Source: Camelus dromedarius
Taxonomy: Eukaryota
Assembly: GCF_036321535.1 (NCBI RefSeq)
Contig: NC_087437.1
Location: 40,178,001-40,242,000 of the forward strand
DNA length: 64,000 nucleotides
Direction of reading: 5' to 3'
In this document: piece by piece, positions 14,110 to 28,404 of the stretch
How positions within the stretch are numbered: the first letter of the stretch is position 1
Layout: every line of letters starts with the position of its first letter
Notes under the pieces: generated by a model
Told to the model about the DNA's origin: nothing
Databases searched by the model: none
The model's input: only the letters and a program-made list of their open reading frames with translations
Made by a program: the position numbers and the translations under genes

Positions 14110-14734
14110 CTGTGGAAAAGCAAAAAGTAATAAGCAACACTGGAAACCAACAGTTCCACAAAGAGAACGCCTAAGCTAGCAACAGAATTTATTACACACA
14201 TTTCATTGTGTTAAGTCTTACCATTAAATATGTTCAATGTGGTAGTCAAAATATTGACCTTAATAATTCACAAAATCCAAGAAACTTAGTTTTCTAATTG
14301 GATGCTTCATGTACCTACATTTTGGAAATAAACAGTCTGTTGTTTTCTATTTATTATTCAGTAAAGGTTTGAGGATGGATTACAGATACATTTTTCAGGA
14401 TAAAGTCATCCAAATAATATTTTCTTCTTTGATTCATTCTTATTTTAAAGTCTTACTCATACTGAATGATTAAGATTTTTCTGTTAGAATTAAGAATAAA
14501 TAATAAAAGCAACTAAAAATTTTCTCATTAATCTTAAGCAGTCATCTAATTTTTATAGGACATTACTTTTAAAAAATAGAAGAAATTAAAATGTTTCCTG
14601 TAACTTAGTATGTCAATTTAGAAACTAAGCTTTCATATTTCATCATGAATCTTAAGAGTTAAGAGGTCTGAGGTCAGATTCTAAAAAAGTTAAGTCTTTT
14701 CTGTTATTTTGATTAAATATAAAACCATACTAAC

Positions 14735-14890
14735 GCTTTAAGAGTCCTGTTGTGTGAAGCAAGAGTGTCACTGAGATACTTTGCACCTGCATTTTCCATT
14801 CTGTTAAAAGAAAGATCTATTACTTCTAGGGTAGTATTGCTTCTCAGTACATCGGCCAAACACACCATTCCATCCTGAGTTATTTTATTG
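14735..14890 (-). CDS. LRRC34: LRRC34 exon 9
   Basis: cccag|C AAT AAA...AAA GC|gttagt, 156 nt. Translates NKITQDGMVCLADVLRSNTTLEVIDLSFNRMENAGAKYLSDTLASHNRTLKA. Confidence 0.93.
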
Positions 14891-15313
14891 CTGGGAAAGG
14901 AAAATTATGTAATTATATTTCAAAATATGAGGTATTGTTCTTTTATTCATAGAGATAACATGTTTGAGAACATATACTAAAAAGCAGTACTTTCTGTTTT
15001 AGTAAAAATTTATTTTAATCAGTTTCCAAAAAAGTTAATGAAAATTTGCCATAAAATGTTACTTCTATTCAGGCTTACATATTTAAATTCACTTAACTCA
15101 CTCAAGTTATTAGGAGCTATTAAATCAGTATAAACTAAATAAATATTAAGGCACATGATAAACAGTTGACAAATGGTTGCATTTTCTAATCTTTGGAATT
15201 AGTATTAGTTGGAATTAGCATCTAACAAAGAATCCTATGTACTATTAATATTTACATAGATTATTCCCATGATTTAACTCCTGAATTAACTTAATATATA
15301 AATTGTCACTTAC

Positions 15314-15468
15314 CAGCTGACATCAAGGTAGCGTAAGCTTCTGTTCAGATACAGTGCATCACATAACTGTTTCATACCACCGTTTTTTATATCATGCTTA
15401 CACATGTGTAGTTCAACAAGCCACTGATTTTCTTTCAACATGTGGCCTAGATGAACTGTGGACTCTTC
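15314..15468 (-). CDS. LRRC34: LRRC34 exon 8
   Basis: tttag|GAA GAG...AGC TG|gtaag, 155 nt. Translates EESTVHLGHMLKENQWLVELHMCKHDIKNGGMKQLCDALYLNRSLRYLDVS. Confidence 0.93.
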
Positions 15469-18462
15469 CTAAAAATAGATAAGATCTTTTTTAAAAATAT
15501 TATTTTGGAGCAGTACATGTTTATTCTAAACATGCTAAATTACCTTTTTAAAATGATTTTATCAGTTAAGACTCCTAGTCAACGATTTGTATTTGTTTGG
15601 CATGGCTTTTTTAAAAAATCATTTTGCCACAAGTGATATCTTTTACTGGCTTAGAAACAGGCAGCAGGCACTCGTAAAATGCAGTGACTAAGTGACATAA
15701 AAGAGGCTGGTTAAAAAAAATCGTAATAATTATTTAAAAAGCAACACTCATTCTAGAAGGGGGAAAAAAAATCAGAACATTTGGCCCCATGAAGTATTGA
15801 GCATGCAGGCTCCCTTACTGCTGTCCTCTCAAGACAGGGTGCTTACACCTTCCCTATGTTCCTAAACTTTGCTCTTGATCTCCTTTCTCTGTAGTTTTTA
15901 GATAAAATACAAAGGCACTGCCCAATCATGATTCTGTTTTTCCGTTTTTAAAATACACTCCTTAACCCTGTGATGTATCCAATTCCTCCCTTTTATAGTC
16001 ATCCCAAATTTCTAAATATGTTTTACTCTTGTTTTCTGGTCACTGGAGGATTTTTTTTTTTTTTTAATTCCAGAACCTAGCTGCTTCCAGACAAAAGGTA
16101 TGTAACCTCAGTGAGGGTCTGAATACCAAGCACTTTAAATTTTTAAAAGAATCAAAGCATGTCTTAAAATGAATGAGCCAAAATATTTTATGGTAAGAAG
16201 ACTTGTTGCATGATTGCCGTTTTTGTAGTAAGTTTTATAGTCACTGGAAATGCTGATCATGAATAGCTATATATGCTCTAATTATGTAAAAGTACCTTAA
16301 GAAAAAATAAAAGTTAAACCACATAACAACAGAAAATAGTGTATGAGCTTTATAATAACTCCAAATGCGAGCTTTACCTTGTATGAGCTAAATCACTTTG
16401 GGCGAATTATTTCAGCTAGCTGAGTCTCAGTTTCTTTTTCTATATAAAGTAGACATTTCACTTCCCTCACAGAATTAAATAAATTAACAAAAGTACCTGG
16501 CACAAAATAAGTGTTCTGTAGAAAACTACAAAGCATTTGTTACTGTTCAATATTTTGTAATACTGTTATCTTAGTAAGTTACAGCCTTGACACTGAAAGT
16601 GTATGTCCAGAGAGAAGCTGTAGCCTGGGATCTCAGATGCAAACTGACCACTTAGGAGGTCCAGTATTGCTTTGCATGGTGTCTGGATTGGTGTTGTATG
16701 CCTTGATTGCATTTATAGGTCAAGAAGTTTGAAAGATGGACCACCCTTATTAAGGGAGGGAACTAGTATCAGAAATAGTGAAAGGTTGTTTTTTTGTTGT
16801 TACTCTTTTTTTTAAGCTTCATTCACTGAGTTTATGGCTTAGTTTGCTTATGGCAGCATCTGGCATTGGTATTTTTCCAAGCTCCCAGATTAATGAACAG
16901 TGAAATCCTTAAATGAAATAGGTTTGCACACTTGTGTTTGGGAGCAGAGTATGAAGAAGCACAAAAGAATTCTACTCCACAACCATTTAAGAGAATAGTA
17001 CTCTCAGATATAGAGGGTCGTGGCTGCCTTGGAGAGAAATAGAAGGCAGACTAGAGTTCAGCTGACTGCCCAGAAGCACCAGGCTGAGAGCAAGGCCCTG
17101 GCCTGAGAAAGAGCCCTGGGCTTTTAACTACTCGCAGATGGATTTGGGAATAATGACACCACATGTTTAAAAGAGGAACTGTGTGTCTAATATAATTTAA
17201 TATAGTTTAACATACTCATCTTTTCATATAATTTAACATACTAATCCAGAAATTTTTGAGTTAGTTGTCTAATCTCTTAACATGTCCTCAACCTGAGAAG
17301 CTTCCCTGCCACCTCTCATCCCCCTGCACTGATTCCAGTGTCTTTCCTTCTGCTCCCAAGGCACCCTGAGCATGTCACTCTCCAGACCTCTCGGTCTCCC
17401 TCCACGTGGACTGAAAAAAAGCTCCTTGAAAACGAGGGCTATGTGCCTTGATTTATTATCTCTGGCACCCAGCATTGTGTCTCATTTCAGGTTGCATTCA
17501 AATATTTATTGAGTGAAGAATCAGGAATGAGCAATTTACTGAATGCTTACTTTGAGCCAGGTGTTTTTAGGGTTTTTAAAGTAGGTTCTTCTATTTGAGG
17601 ATTGGGTGTCTTGTTGAGCATATTAGATTTAAATACATGAAGCAATTAACATGATAAAATTCCAAAAATTTTGGCATAGAAGAGTACAAAGATAACCCAA
17701 AGGGAGAGAGACATGTAGGCAAAGAATGCAAAATACATTTATGAATATGAAAAATACTTTAAAAATATGATTAATTCTCAATTACTCATACTTATGGGGA
17801 ACAGTGAGGTAGACAATTTCAAGACTATATAAAATCCTTGAACATTCTTTTTTAGATCTATTCTGTTTTTGTTTAGATCAATGGTAGAATGAGTTATTAT
17901 TCCCGTTTTGCTCGTAAGACAGGAAAGCTATCTAAAAGAAATGTTAAAGAGCAAGGAAAAGCCTTGAAAGTAGGAATCATGTTTTTATCATCTTTCTGTC
18001 TCCAGCTTGCAGCTTACCTACAGGATCAAGTCCAGACTTCCCAGATTGCTATTCATATGCAATTTGCCATTATTACTCATGATTCCAAAGGTGATGGTTC
18101 ATCACATCAATATAACAAAAACAAATAACAGAACAGTTCACACTGGGCTCTTATAATCCACCAGCCTTTAAAACTTTAATCATTTTTGCTTTCATCTTAA
18201 GCACTCTGCCCCTCACAGGCTTACCACACTGAGAATGAGTTTATGAGAAAAAAAGACATGATTACTGTTTAAATAAGTAATTTAAAACCAAATTTATAAA
18301 ACTCTTATCAAGAATTAACATTTTTCAAGTTTTTCTTTTGTCAACAGTAGTTTACAATTCCAAAAGTACAATGCATTCATGAATCTTGACATAACCTTCA
18401 GTAAGTAGTACCTTAGTTTCATTCACATATAGCACTATTAACTGCTCGCTTTGAATACATAC

Positions 18463-18558
18463 CTGTTCACCATACAATATAGGTCGGTTTAGGTTTAATC
18501 CCTTAATTGTGTGGTTTTGAGTTAGGACTGTAGCAAATGCTATCACACTTTGCATTCC
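18463..18558 (-). CDS. LRRC34: LRRC34 exon 7
   Basis: tag|GGA ATG...GAA CAG|gtatg, 96 nt. Translates GMQSVIAFATVLTQNHTIKGLNLNRPILYGEQ. Confidence 0.95.
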
Positions 18559-18960
18559 CTAAAAACAGGTAAATTCATTAAGGAAACTGACAAAGTATAT
18601 AAATTAACCTCCCTAAATAAGTATTTCAAGATCAGTAATCTGGATTCTGATAACTCAAAATTGTGTTTTTAAAAAGTTTTATTTCCTACTCCTTGAATTG
18701 TAGGTTGATCAAATTCAGAAATTAGTTGTTAACTGTTATTTTCTCCTTGCCCTAAAATCTCTAACATGCACGGGGAGTTTTTTTAAAGTTTCAGTATCCA
18801 TTTCCTAGGGTGTTTACCTCTAGGTTTGCTTCTAAGTCTTTAAGGTTCTGTATGATACAGACTTCAGATATATAGACACAAGTGAATCCCCGCTAGGGCT
18901 CTTTATAACTTAGAATGCATATCCTTGTGCAGGCATTCTTTTACTTCATACTAGTACTTC

Positions 18961-19010
18961 GTGTGTGTGTGTGTGTGTGTCTGTGTGTGTGTCTCTGTGT
19001 GTGTGTGTGT
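18961..19010. repeat. (GT)n microsatellite, interrupted
   Basis: Directly visible in the sequence. Confidence 0.9.
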
Positions 19011-20139
19011 CAGGAAGAGGTTATTAATCACATTTTTCACAGCTCCCATAGGCCTCCCTCTCTACCTTACTGAAACGGCTTAATCTTCCCCCGTCTCTGT
19101 GATGGACACATACCTAGTTGTTATGCTTGAAAACCTGGGCTTCCTCCCGCTCCACCAGTCCTGTTATCCTCCCATCAGTTGATAACCAAATTTTACAGTT
19201 TCTGCCTCCAAAAGATGTCTCAAATTAGTCCATCTCTGTAGCTACCACCCCACCCCCAGTCCTTATCACCCACCTGAACTACTGGAGAAACTTATTAAGT
19301 GGTCAGTGGGCTTCCTCCTGCCACCTTCTAAATCCCCACAGAGAAACCAGAATGATCTTTCACAGGCACCAGTCATGTCACCCTTCAACTTAAAGCCTTT
19401 CCATGATTTGCATTTATAACACAATCACTTCTTCCCCTGGCCTATGACCCAGACCCTGCTGCACCTGGTCCCTGTAAACCTCTTGCACCTTCACTCTGAG
19501 GCACTCTTTTAATTCCCTTTGTCCAGGCACTCTAGCTTTTCAGTTCTTGAAACCTAACAGACTCAATATTTCATCATTCATGCAACCTCCCCTAACGATT
19601 TTTACTGTATCTAAGCATCAGTTTTACTATTTACCTAATACTTTTCCATTAAATCAACTCACCTTTTCACTTATAAACTGTATCTCTACTGTAAGTGGAA
19701 AACCATAATCCCTTGAGATAAATAGAAAGGATTTGGAAAAATAAATACATGAGTATTAAAATTACCTCAATCTATGTCATTAATGCTACTCAAACCAGAG
19801 TTGGGGAAGCACTATCTTAAAAAGAGTCTGTGTGCTGGACCCCCTGCCTGGAATGTCCTGCCATGGACTCTCTCCAAGGCAGCTTTTTCTCATCATTCAT
19901 GACTCCTAAATATTACCTCTTGGGTCTTAGGGTAACCATCCTATTACCCAGATTACCGCCTCCCCATTATCAGAGTACTTTGCCATCTTTGTAGCACTTT
20001 TTTCTATTTACTGTTAATTTCCCAACTAAAATATAACCTTTATAAGGGCAGAGACCATATCCAATGCATTCTCCCCCCCCCCAATGCATTCTTACTTCCT
20101 TAGAATCTAGGACTGTGACTGGTATGTATAAATAATACA

Positions 20140-20288
20140 CAGTTGACCCTTAAAGGGTCATGCATACCTTTGTATTCATGGAGTCAAACAACCTGGAATC
20201 ATGTAGCAATTATAGTATTTACTATTGAAAAAAATCCAAATATAAGTGGACCTGAACAGTTTAAGCCCGTGTTCTCAAGAGTCAACTG
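20140..20288. mobile_element. MER8-like (Tigger) MITE, internally deleted
   Basis: Terminal inverted repeats cagttgac...gtcaactg. The interior resembles the copy at 24131. Confidence 0.65.
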
Positions 20289-20915
20289 TGTACTGAATTA
20301 ATGCTTTCCCAAAACCATACTGGCTGCATTTACCCTCTTCTTAAGCTTTAGAACCTATTACCCCAAAGAGCCTCCTGGCCCATCTTATTGTTTTCCTGTC
20401 CTAGTAGGTTTGCATTAACCTATTAACAGGTTCCCAAAAGCAGGCCTGTAGGTTTGAAGGCGTGTTTGAGAAAAGAAAGTCTGGAATTTGAAGACATGCA
20501 AAACATACTTCTCATTATCAGGCCAGATGAAGTCTCAGAACAGCTTTTAACATCATCTTAGGTTTTTATGCTATAACATAACTACTCACTGCAAAGTGTT
20601 TCTGTAAATAAAAGTTTATAATATATGAATGAAGTCGTATTTGTTTAATTAAAACAAACACAATCTTCTTTAGAAAAACATACAAGTTAAGGCTAATAGA
20701 TGGAAGTTTAGGAAAGTTTTTATTTATTACACTGGATATTCTTCCATATTATTTATCGTAATTTTTTTTTAAAGATTTCTCTCTGATATGAGACCTCAGA
20801 CAAGTTTAATCATTCATAAGACTGTCATTTAGCTGGTCACTAACAATTCTCTGTGCTAGTTTCCAGGGAAAGTGATCCAATATCTGCGTGACTATCTCAT
20901 AACCAATTTACTTAC

Positions 20916-21044
20916 TAGATCACAGTCACCCAGATCTAATTTCTCCAAGGATGAATTAATTTGTAGCATTGCAGCAAAATACATTCCACCTTTATTTTCA
21001 ATCTTGTTTCCAGTCATTCTTAGGTGTTTCAGAGTTGTATCCTT
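20916..21044 (-). CDS. LRRC34: LRRC34 exon 6
   Basis: cag|AAG GAT...GAT CTA|gtaag, 129 nt. Translates KDTTLKHLRMTGNKIENKGGMYFAAMLQINSSLEKLDLGDCDL. Confidence 0.95.
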
Positions 21045-21264
21045 CTGAAAAAGAAAAAAGGGAAACCTGATTAAAATTTTAATCCAAAGACTTCTCTTTA
21101 GAATACATGAGTTAGGAGGCTCTATTACTATTTGCAGACTTATTAGTTTTTCATGGAGATGGAACAGCACATATTCCCTAAAGGTAACATTCAATTTCTC
21201 ATAACATAAAAATCTAATTCAACAGTTTAGTAGATATATATAAAAAAGCTTTTTTAAAAGTTTC

Positions 21265-21430
21265 TTCAGTATAGCACAGGGAACTATGTTCAATATCTTG
21301 TAGTAACCTTTAATGAAAAAATATGAAAACAAATATACGTATGTATATGCATGGGTGGGACACTCTGCTGTACACCAGAAACTGACACACTGTAATCTAC
21401 TGTACTTCAGTTAAAAAAAAAAACAAAACT
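21265..21430 (+). mobile_element. Young L1 3'-end fragment with poly(A) tail
   Basis: gtatagcacagggaactatgttcaatatcttgtagtaacc...tgctgtacaccagaaactgacaca...A-tail is a typical laurasiatherian L1 3' terminus. Confidence 0.75.
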
Positions 21431-22189
21431 AAGGTTTAGGAAAAAAAAAATTTTTGGAGAAATTTCTATTTGACTATTGCCCATTTTTAAATTAGACTGT
21501 CTTTTTATTACTGAATTGTTAGAGTTACTTATTTTTTTTTAACTGAAGTACAGATGATTTACAATCATATTTTAGTTTCAGGTGTACAGCATAATAATTC
21601 AGTATTTTTACAGATTATATTCCATTAAAGTCATTATAAAATAATTGCTGTAATTCTCTGTGCTATACAATATATCAATGTTGCTTATTTTTTAATAAAA
21701 TAAAATAGTTTAGTAGAAAGACTGCCCAGGAAATAGATACCAAAACAATGAGCAGTAAATGAAACAGATTCTTAATAACTTTCCTTTCATTGGAAAATCT
21801 ATAAATTTATTGCCTAAGAAAATTATACCACTTTTTAAAATTGAGGTGAAATTCACATAACCAAAATATAACCATTTTAAAATGTACAATTCACTGGCTT
21901 TTTACTACATTCCAGTGTTCAGCAGCCATCACCTCTAGCTAATTCCAGAACATTTTCATTATCCTCAAAGGAGACCCTGTACCCACCCAGTAAGTAGTCA
22001 CTCCACATTCCCTCTGTGTAGTTTGTAAAGTGATATAATTTCTCAAACATCTGCAAAGTTTAATTCCTTCTCTTACTTCATTCTTTTGATAAATCACAAA
22101 AAAATTATAGATATTTAATTGTCCTAATTAATAAATATTAGGACATAGGGATAAGTGCAAATAATTATTTTTAAAATTAATTCAAACTT

Positions 22190-24430
22190 CCTTAAGAGTG
22201 GGAAGAAGGCAAGGATGTTCGATCTCACCACTTCATTTAACCTTGTACACTAGAGATTCTAGACAGGGCAGTTAGGCAAGAAAAAGAAACAAAAAAGGCA
22301 TTCAGGTTGGAAAAGAAGTAAAGCTCTCTGTTTGCATGACATGATCTTATATGTAAAATATCCTAAGGAATCCACCAAAAAAAAAAAAAAAACTGTTAGA
22401 ACTAACAAATTTGAGTTCAGCAAGGCAATATCAATATATAAAAATCATTTATGTTTCTACACACTAGCAGTGAACAATTCAAAAATGAAATTAAGAATTA
22501 CATTCATAGTAGAATCAAAAAGAATAAAACATTAGGAATAAATTTAACAAAAGGGCAGGACTTGCACACTGGAAACTACAAAGCATCAAAACGTGGTTGA
22601 AAGAAATTAAAGAAGACCTAAACAAATGGAAACATATCCCATGTTCTGGATTGGAAGACAATAGTCAGTATTCCCCAAATTGGTCTAAAGATTTAAAGCC
22701 ATTCCCCTCAAAGTCCCAGCTACTTTTCTTGCAGAAATTGATAAACTGATCTTAAAATTTATATGGAAATGCAAAGGACCCAGAAGAGCCAACATAATCT
22801 TAAATAAAGAACAAAGAGGACTCACATTTCTTGACTTCAAAACTTAGTACAAAACTACAGTAGTCAAGATAGTTTGGGAATGGCCCAAGGTAGATATATA
22901 GATTAAAAGAGTAGAACAGAGAGTACAGAAATAAACCCTCACATTTATAATCCACTGACTTTCAACAAGGATGTCAAGACGATTCAATGGGGAAAGAACA
23001 GTCTTAACAAAAGGTTTTGGGACAGCTGGATATCCACATGGAAAAGAATGAAATTAGACTCCTACCTCATATATATATAAATTAACTTGAAATGGATCAA
23101 AGAACTAAATGAAAGAGCTAAAACAAAAAAACTGTTAGAAGAAAAACATTAGTGTAAATCTTCATGAATTTGGATTAGGCAAAGCCTTCTTGGATATAAC
23201 ACCAAAAACACAAACAACAAAAGAAAAAATAGATAAATTGTACTTTATCAAAATTAAACATTTTTGTGTTTCAAAAGACACCACTAAGGAAATGAAAAGG
23301 CAATGTACAGAATATGAGAAAATATTTGCAAATCATACATCTGTTAAGGGACTTGTATCCAGAGTATGTAAAGAACTCTTACAACTCAAAAAGACAAATA
23401 ATCTAATTTTAAAATGGGCAGAAGATCTGAATAGATATTTCTCCAGAGAAGATATACAAATGACTAATATGCATATGAAAATATGTTCAACATCATTATT
23501 CACTAGGGAAATGCAAATCAAAACCACAAAACTTCATAATCTCTAGGATGGCTCAAATCAAAAAGACAGTAACAAGTGCTGATGAGGATATGGAGAAATG
23601 AGAACACCTATATATTGTTGGTGGAATTGTAAAAAGGGACACTTTGGCAAACAGTTTGGCAGTCACTCAAAATGTTAAACGAAGTTTCTAAATGATCCAG
23701 CAATTCCACTCCTAGGTATATACCCAAGAAAACTGAAAACGTGTGCACAAAAATCTGTGCAAATATTCATAGTAGCATTATTCATTATAGACAATAAATG
23801 GAAAACCAAATGTCCATTAACTAATGGATGAACAAAATGTTTCCAAACGATGCAATATTATTTGGCCTTAAAATAGAATGAAGTATGTTACAATATGGAT
23901 GAAACCTGAAAGCATTAAGCCGGTCACTAAAGGCCACACATTGTATGATTCTATGTATATGAAATGACCAGAATAGACGACATATAGGTGGAAAGCCGAT
24001 GTGACTACCTGGTGCTGTAAAGTGGGGGAGAGAAGCAGAGAAAGGGACTGCTAATGGGTACAGGGCTTCTTCGGGCAGGGAGGGTATGTTCTAAAAACAG
24101 TGATAGTTGTGATGGCTATATAACTGAATATAGTTGACCCCCGGACAACGTGGGGGTTAGGGGCACTGACCCTCCACGCAGTTGAAAATGAGTTTAACTT
24201 TATAGTCAGCCCTCTGTATCCAAGGTTCCACATCCTCAGATTCAACCAACCATGGATCGTGTGGTACCGCAGCATTTATTTAGTAAAAAGAATCCACATA
24301 TGAGTGGACCCATGCGGTTTAAGCCTGTGATATTCAAGAATCTATTGTAGGCTAAAAACCCACTGAATCGAACACTTACAAAGGGTAAATTTTATGTATG
24401 TGAATTATATCTTAATAAAGCTGTTTATTT
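22190..24430 (+). mobile_element. Degenerate L1 (L1MB-like): 3' part of ORF2 plus 3'UTR
   Basis: ORF2-like peptides ([49 protein letters not shown]) with frameshifts. Ends with aataaagctg. Confidence 0.85.
24131..24347. mobile_element. MER8-like (Tigger) MITE nested in the L1 3'UTR
   Basis: tagttgacccc...gggggttaggggcactgacc...gagtggacccatgcggtttaagcctgtgatattcaag resembles MER8 and interrupts the L1. Confidence 0.7.
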
Positions 24431-24607
24431 TTAAAAATGAGTTTAAAAAGGCTCATGTAATGTCCACATTTTAATGAAGTGCCATAAAAATATACATTTG
24501 CACAATATTTAAATAAGTTCACATCAACATTTGTTTCTGTTGGTTCCAAGCTACCAGAAGTTAAAATTCCCAAATAAAATGTTAGTTTGAGGTATGTAAA
24601 TGCTTAC

Positions 24608-24691
24608 ATGTAGTGCTTTAGCAATCACTTCTCCACCTTCAGGACCAATGTCATTAAACATAAGGTTTAAGTAAGTGAGATTATGTTGTTT
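24608..24691 (-). CDS. LRRC34: LRRC34 exon 5
   Basis: gtag|AAA CAA...CTA CAT|gtaag, 84 nt. Translates KQHNLTYLNLMFNDIGPEGGEVIAKALH. Confidence 0.95.
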
Positions 24692-25626
24692 CTACGATAA
24701 GGAGAGAAAAGCAATCACACATTTATTATTCAATAATATATAAGAGCTTCATTTCAAGTAAAAGTGTTTACCTCCAAAGAAAACCTTTATAACCAGGAAA
24801 TTTCAAGATCTAGCAAAAGAAACTACCATTAAGGAAAAAAATCAACATAAATATAATTGTAGTATGAAGAAAAAGACTATTAGTTTTTGATCAATGATTC
24901 AAAGTATGAATGTGCTTTATGTATTTGACCATAGTGTACAAGTTTACAAAAGCTGACTCAGGAGGCTCTAGGTACCAACTCTACTGAAACAAAATACAAA
25001 AATGGCTTTTTAGTGTATTTCAAGTGTTGTAACACAGAGTCAGGACCCTTGACATTTTACAAAATTAGGTGTTTGTGTTGTGTCATTAGACTAGGTGGTT
25101 TCACCATAAATAGAACTAAGAACATTTTAATGATGATGATTTTTGCAGCATTTTTATTTGTGGTTGCTGAAAATAACTTGGTTCTTTCATTTTCTAAAAT
25201 CTTCACTCCATCCTTATGTTGTGCACCATTTTATGGATATGAGAATTTTAAGCTCATTAAAAGCACTTGCAGCAGATGAGAATGGGACAATGGCTAGGAA
25301 ATTAAAAAGCCAATTTAAAGGAGGCATAAAAAAATGACATACGATGCTTTAAACATTTTAACTGAAAATATAGACATACACATGTATGTGCCAATCTTCT
25401 GAGGCTGTAACAAAGCCTTTTCTTTAAGGACACCTACTCTGATTAGTGGACCACACTGTCTTAAATAAAATGCAACCATAAAGCAGCATTTTAGCTTGGG
25501 TGTCTCTAGGGTAAAGTCTGCAATAGAGGGTTAACTTCGCAGGCACATTCCAAAGAAAGGGCTGGATCTTAACCAAGTCCTGGGAGAACAAAAAAGAACT
25601 AAGAACATTTTGTAGTAAAATAATAC

Positions 25627-25691
25627 CTGAAGCAGTTTTGCAGCATAGCATGCGCCAATATCACTTAGGAGGTTATACCTAACATCCAAAC
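25627..25691 (-). CDS. LRRC34: LRRC34 exon 4
   Basis: tttcag|GT TTG...CTT CAG|gtatta, 65 nt. Translates GLDVRYNLLSDIGACYAAKLLQ. Confidence 0.93.
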
Positions 25692-25789
25692 CTGAAAAAC
25701 ACAGATGAATAGGAACTGATATTCCTTCTAATGAACACTTAAACTCAGGAAAATGAAAGCAGAAAGGAATGATTCTTAAGGAGACATAC

Positions 25790-25908
25790 CATTAATATAT
25801 GGATTATTCTTTAAAAGTCTACAAAGAATCCCAAAATCTTCACCTGTTACTCTTTCTATTGCCATTAAGCGACTGTTACCAGCAACGTTTAAGGTGATTC
25901 CTTCCAAT
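25790..25908 (-). CDS. LRRC34: LRRC34 exon 3 (NAGNAG acceptor; may start at 25911)
   Basis: tag cag|A TTG GAA...AAT G|gtatg. Translates LEGITLNVAGNSRLMAIERVTGEDFGILCRLLKNNPYIN. Confidence 0.9.
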
Positions 25909-26395
25909 CTGCTAAAATATAAAAAAAGAAACCCAGAAAAGAAATAGAAGTATTTTTCCTTCATGTTAAGTAGTAACATCATGGATAGCATTTACTGGGA
26001 CCACAATGTAGATTTATACCAAGTAACTTAAAACTACTGAATATTCTACGGCTTTTGCAAAGCACTTTAATGTATGTAATTTAATTTCTGAAACACAAGA
26101 AAACCAAAGTATTCCCACTTGGTAGATAATGACATTGAAGACTTCAATGATTTGCATAAATAAACCCAGCTCACAGGAGTTAAGGACAAATCTGGAGCCC
26201 ACACTTGGAGACTGCTGGTCTAGTGCTTTTTTCCAGTAAATTCCACTACCTCCAAGACCTAACTGTGTCCATCATCTACTCTGAATCAAAAATATGTCCA
26301 TTTTATCAAGCATTTGCAAATGGCTTTCCAATCACTCAGTATTCCAGGATTATCAGTGAATGTTACTGATGTAACCAAGTATTTGTCTTCCTTAC

Positions 26396-26516
26396 CCCTT
26401 TCCAATTTCTTCATCCACTTCTTGGAGTATATGCAATATAAAAGGTTTAATTTCCTGGGACTTTTCCATACATAGGTCATAATAATGTTCCTGGAGACCG
26501 TCAATAGGTTCTGCAG
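26396..26516 (-). CDS. LRRC34: LRRC34 exon 2 (in-frame alternative acceptor at 26510)
   Basis: aaag|CT GCA GAA...AAG GG|gtaag. Translates AEPIDGLQEHYYDLCMEKSQEIKPFILHILQEVDEEIGKG. Confidence 0.88.
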
Positions 26517-28404
26517 CTTTTGAAAAATAAGTGCATTACTCTTCATCACATATAAATCATCCCGGGAACTTTGTTTTCAAAAAAAAAAAAAAGACTTCTT
26601 TCAAAGATACAAATGTGTGTGTGTGTATCTGTGTATAGAGTCGGGGGCAGGGAGAAGACAAGGAGATAATTTTAAGAATAGAGAAAAATAGAAGGAATGA
26701 GAAAGGAAAAAAAGTGCTATTTGGAGAACTAGAGCCATAGAAGTACCCACTGAGGGTGGGCAGACACTAACTTGGAAGTGACACAAAGAGAGAACGAACC
26801 TCTGTTATGTAACAGTCCTGGCAGCTAAGGATAATGATGTCCAAAGAAATTACATATTTTGTCAAAATTATGTGGCTAATAATGGCACAGAGTACAAAAT
26901 CAAACTGACTTCAAAGCCTCTTTCCACACTGCCACAGTGGGTTAGGGTGACTCAAGGTTGCTTATAATGAATTCAAATAAAGACTACTTTATCAGAGACT
27001 CTAAACTCAAAAAGCGTCTGAAAAATCACCAAGTCCAACAGCCTTCTTGGAGACCCTCTACCCCATGCAAGTTGATGGCATCTTTGAATATAGCTCTGTC
27101 TGTTCTTCCTAACACCACGCTGAGGCCTGGCTCGTAGAAGCACTTCACCTCACCTGGGCTTCCATTTCCTCTTTCTAAAGGTGATTTTTCCCCTGTCCAG
27201 TCCTTAATAAGAAAGACAGAAACAAAACAGGAGTTGAGATCTTCTTCCTCTGTTATACCAGCAGCTTTCCTTAATGGTCTTACTGTTTTCGATATTACTT
27301 TAAAAACATCTTTTTTGAGGCCCATGCTTTCTGGGGTGAGAGGTACGCTGACACTTCTCTTAGAAGCACATTAACACTATCTTTGTTTTCTGTCCTGCCT
27401 TTTTTTGTATGTATGTCTGTTTAAGAGTCTGTGCTCAGAGATCTCACTACTCGACCAGCCTGAGGTCTTCAGGATCCAGCTTGTCTAAGTCTCTGCATCT
27501 CAGAGATGTTCTCTGCTCAGTGGATTTCTGCACTGTATGAACTAAAGAGTTTGCTAAACAAAGTGCAAAACAAGATTTAAGATGAGGAACATTATATTAA
27601 AAGTGAAAGCAAAGAAACTTTTCTTATAGTTTTTAAAAATAAGCTTTTTAAAAATAAACAACCCACATTTATTCCAGACAACTTGAAAATTTCAATATCA
27701 AAAAGAAAATAAACATTCACCAACAATCCCACTAGCAAAGAACCACCACAGTTGACTTCTGGGAGTATTCAGTCTCTGTTGTTTTTCTTTTATATCTACA
27801 TATAAGCATCTTTAAGCAAAATTAGAACGTATCAGTACAGTCTGGCATCTCTTTTTTTTCAGTTAACATTGTGGATACTTTTCCTATGTCACTGGATACT
27901 CTCTGAAATTGTTTAACGTCAGCATACTTTTTGTCTTGTGGATGATGTACATAATAATCACTTATTTTAGGAAATTTTCATGTATTTTAGCATACTATTT
28001 CTCAAACTGTGTTCTGTGGAATATTAATCTACGTGATGACCAAAGGTGTTCTAAATAGAATGGGTTTTATTGTCAAGTAAGTCTGAGAAATGCTGAATTA
28101 AACAAAGCTAAACAGACTCCTAACTACAACACTTCTCAGGACATTTAGAACTCTCAGGTGCACAAAGACTCTTCAAATTGTTGAGCCTGGAGGGGAGAAG
28201 GGAGGATAAAAGTGCACCCTCTTCCAGACTTAGGACTTAGATGACCATTGTTCACATGGAATGCAATCCAAAACATGACACTTCAGCATCCTCGGCAGGA
28301 AACAAAGCAAGGAGATCTCAAACGGATTTACTTGTGGGAGCTGGGCTCTCACTGGGTTTCTTCTCTCCCTTCTGGCTACTTACTACCTTTTTTGATATTA
28401 AAAA

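Noticed and set aside
22332..23546. ORFs of 67 and 118 aa
   Set aside because: Fragments of a dead L1 ORF2, not host genes.
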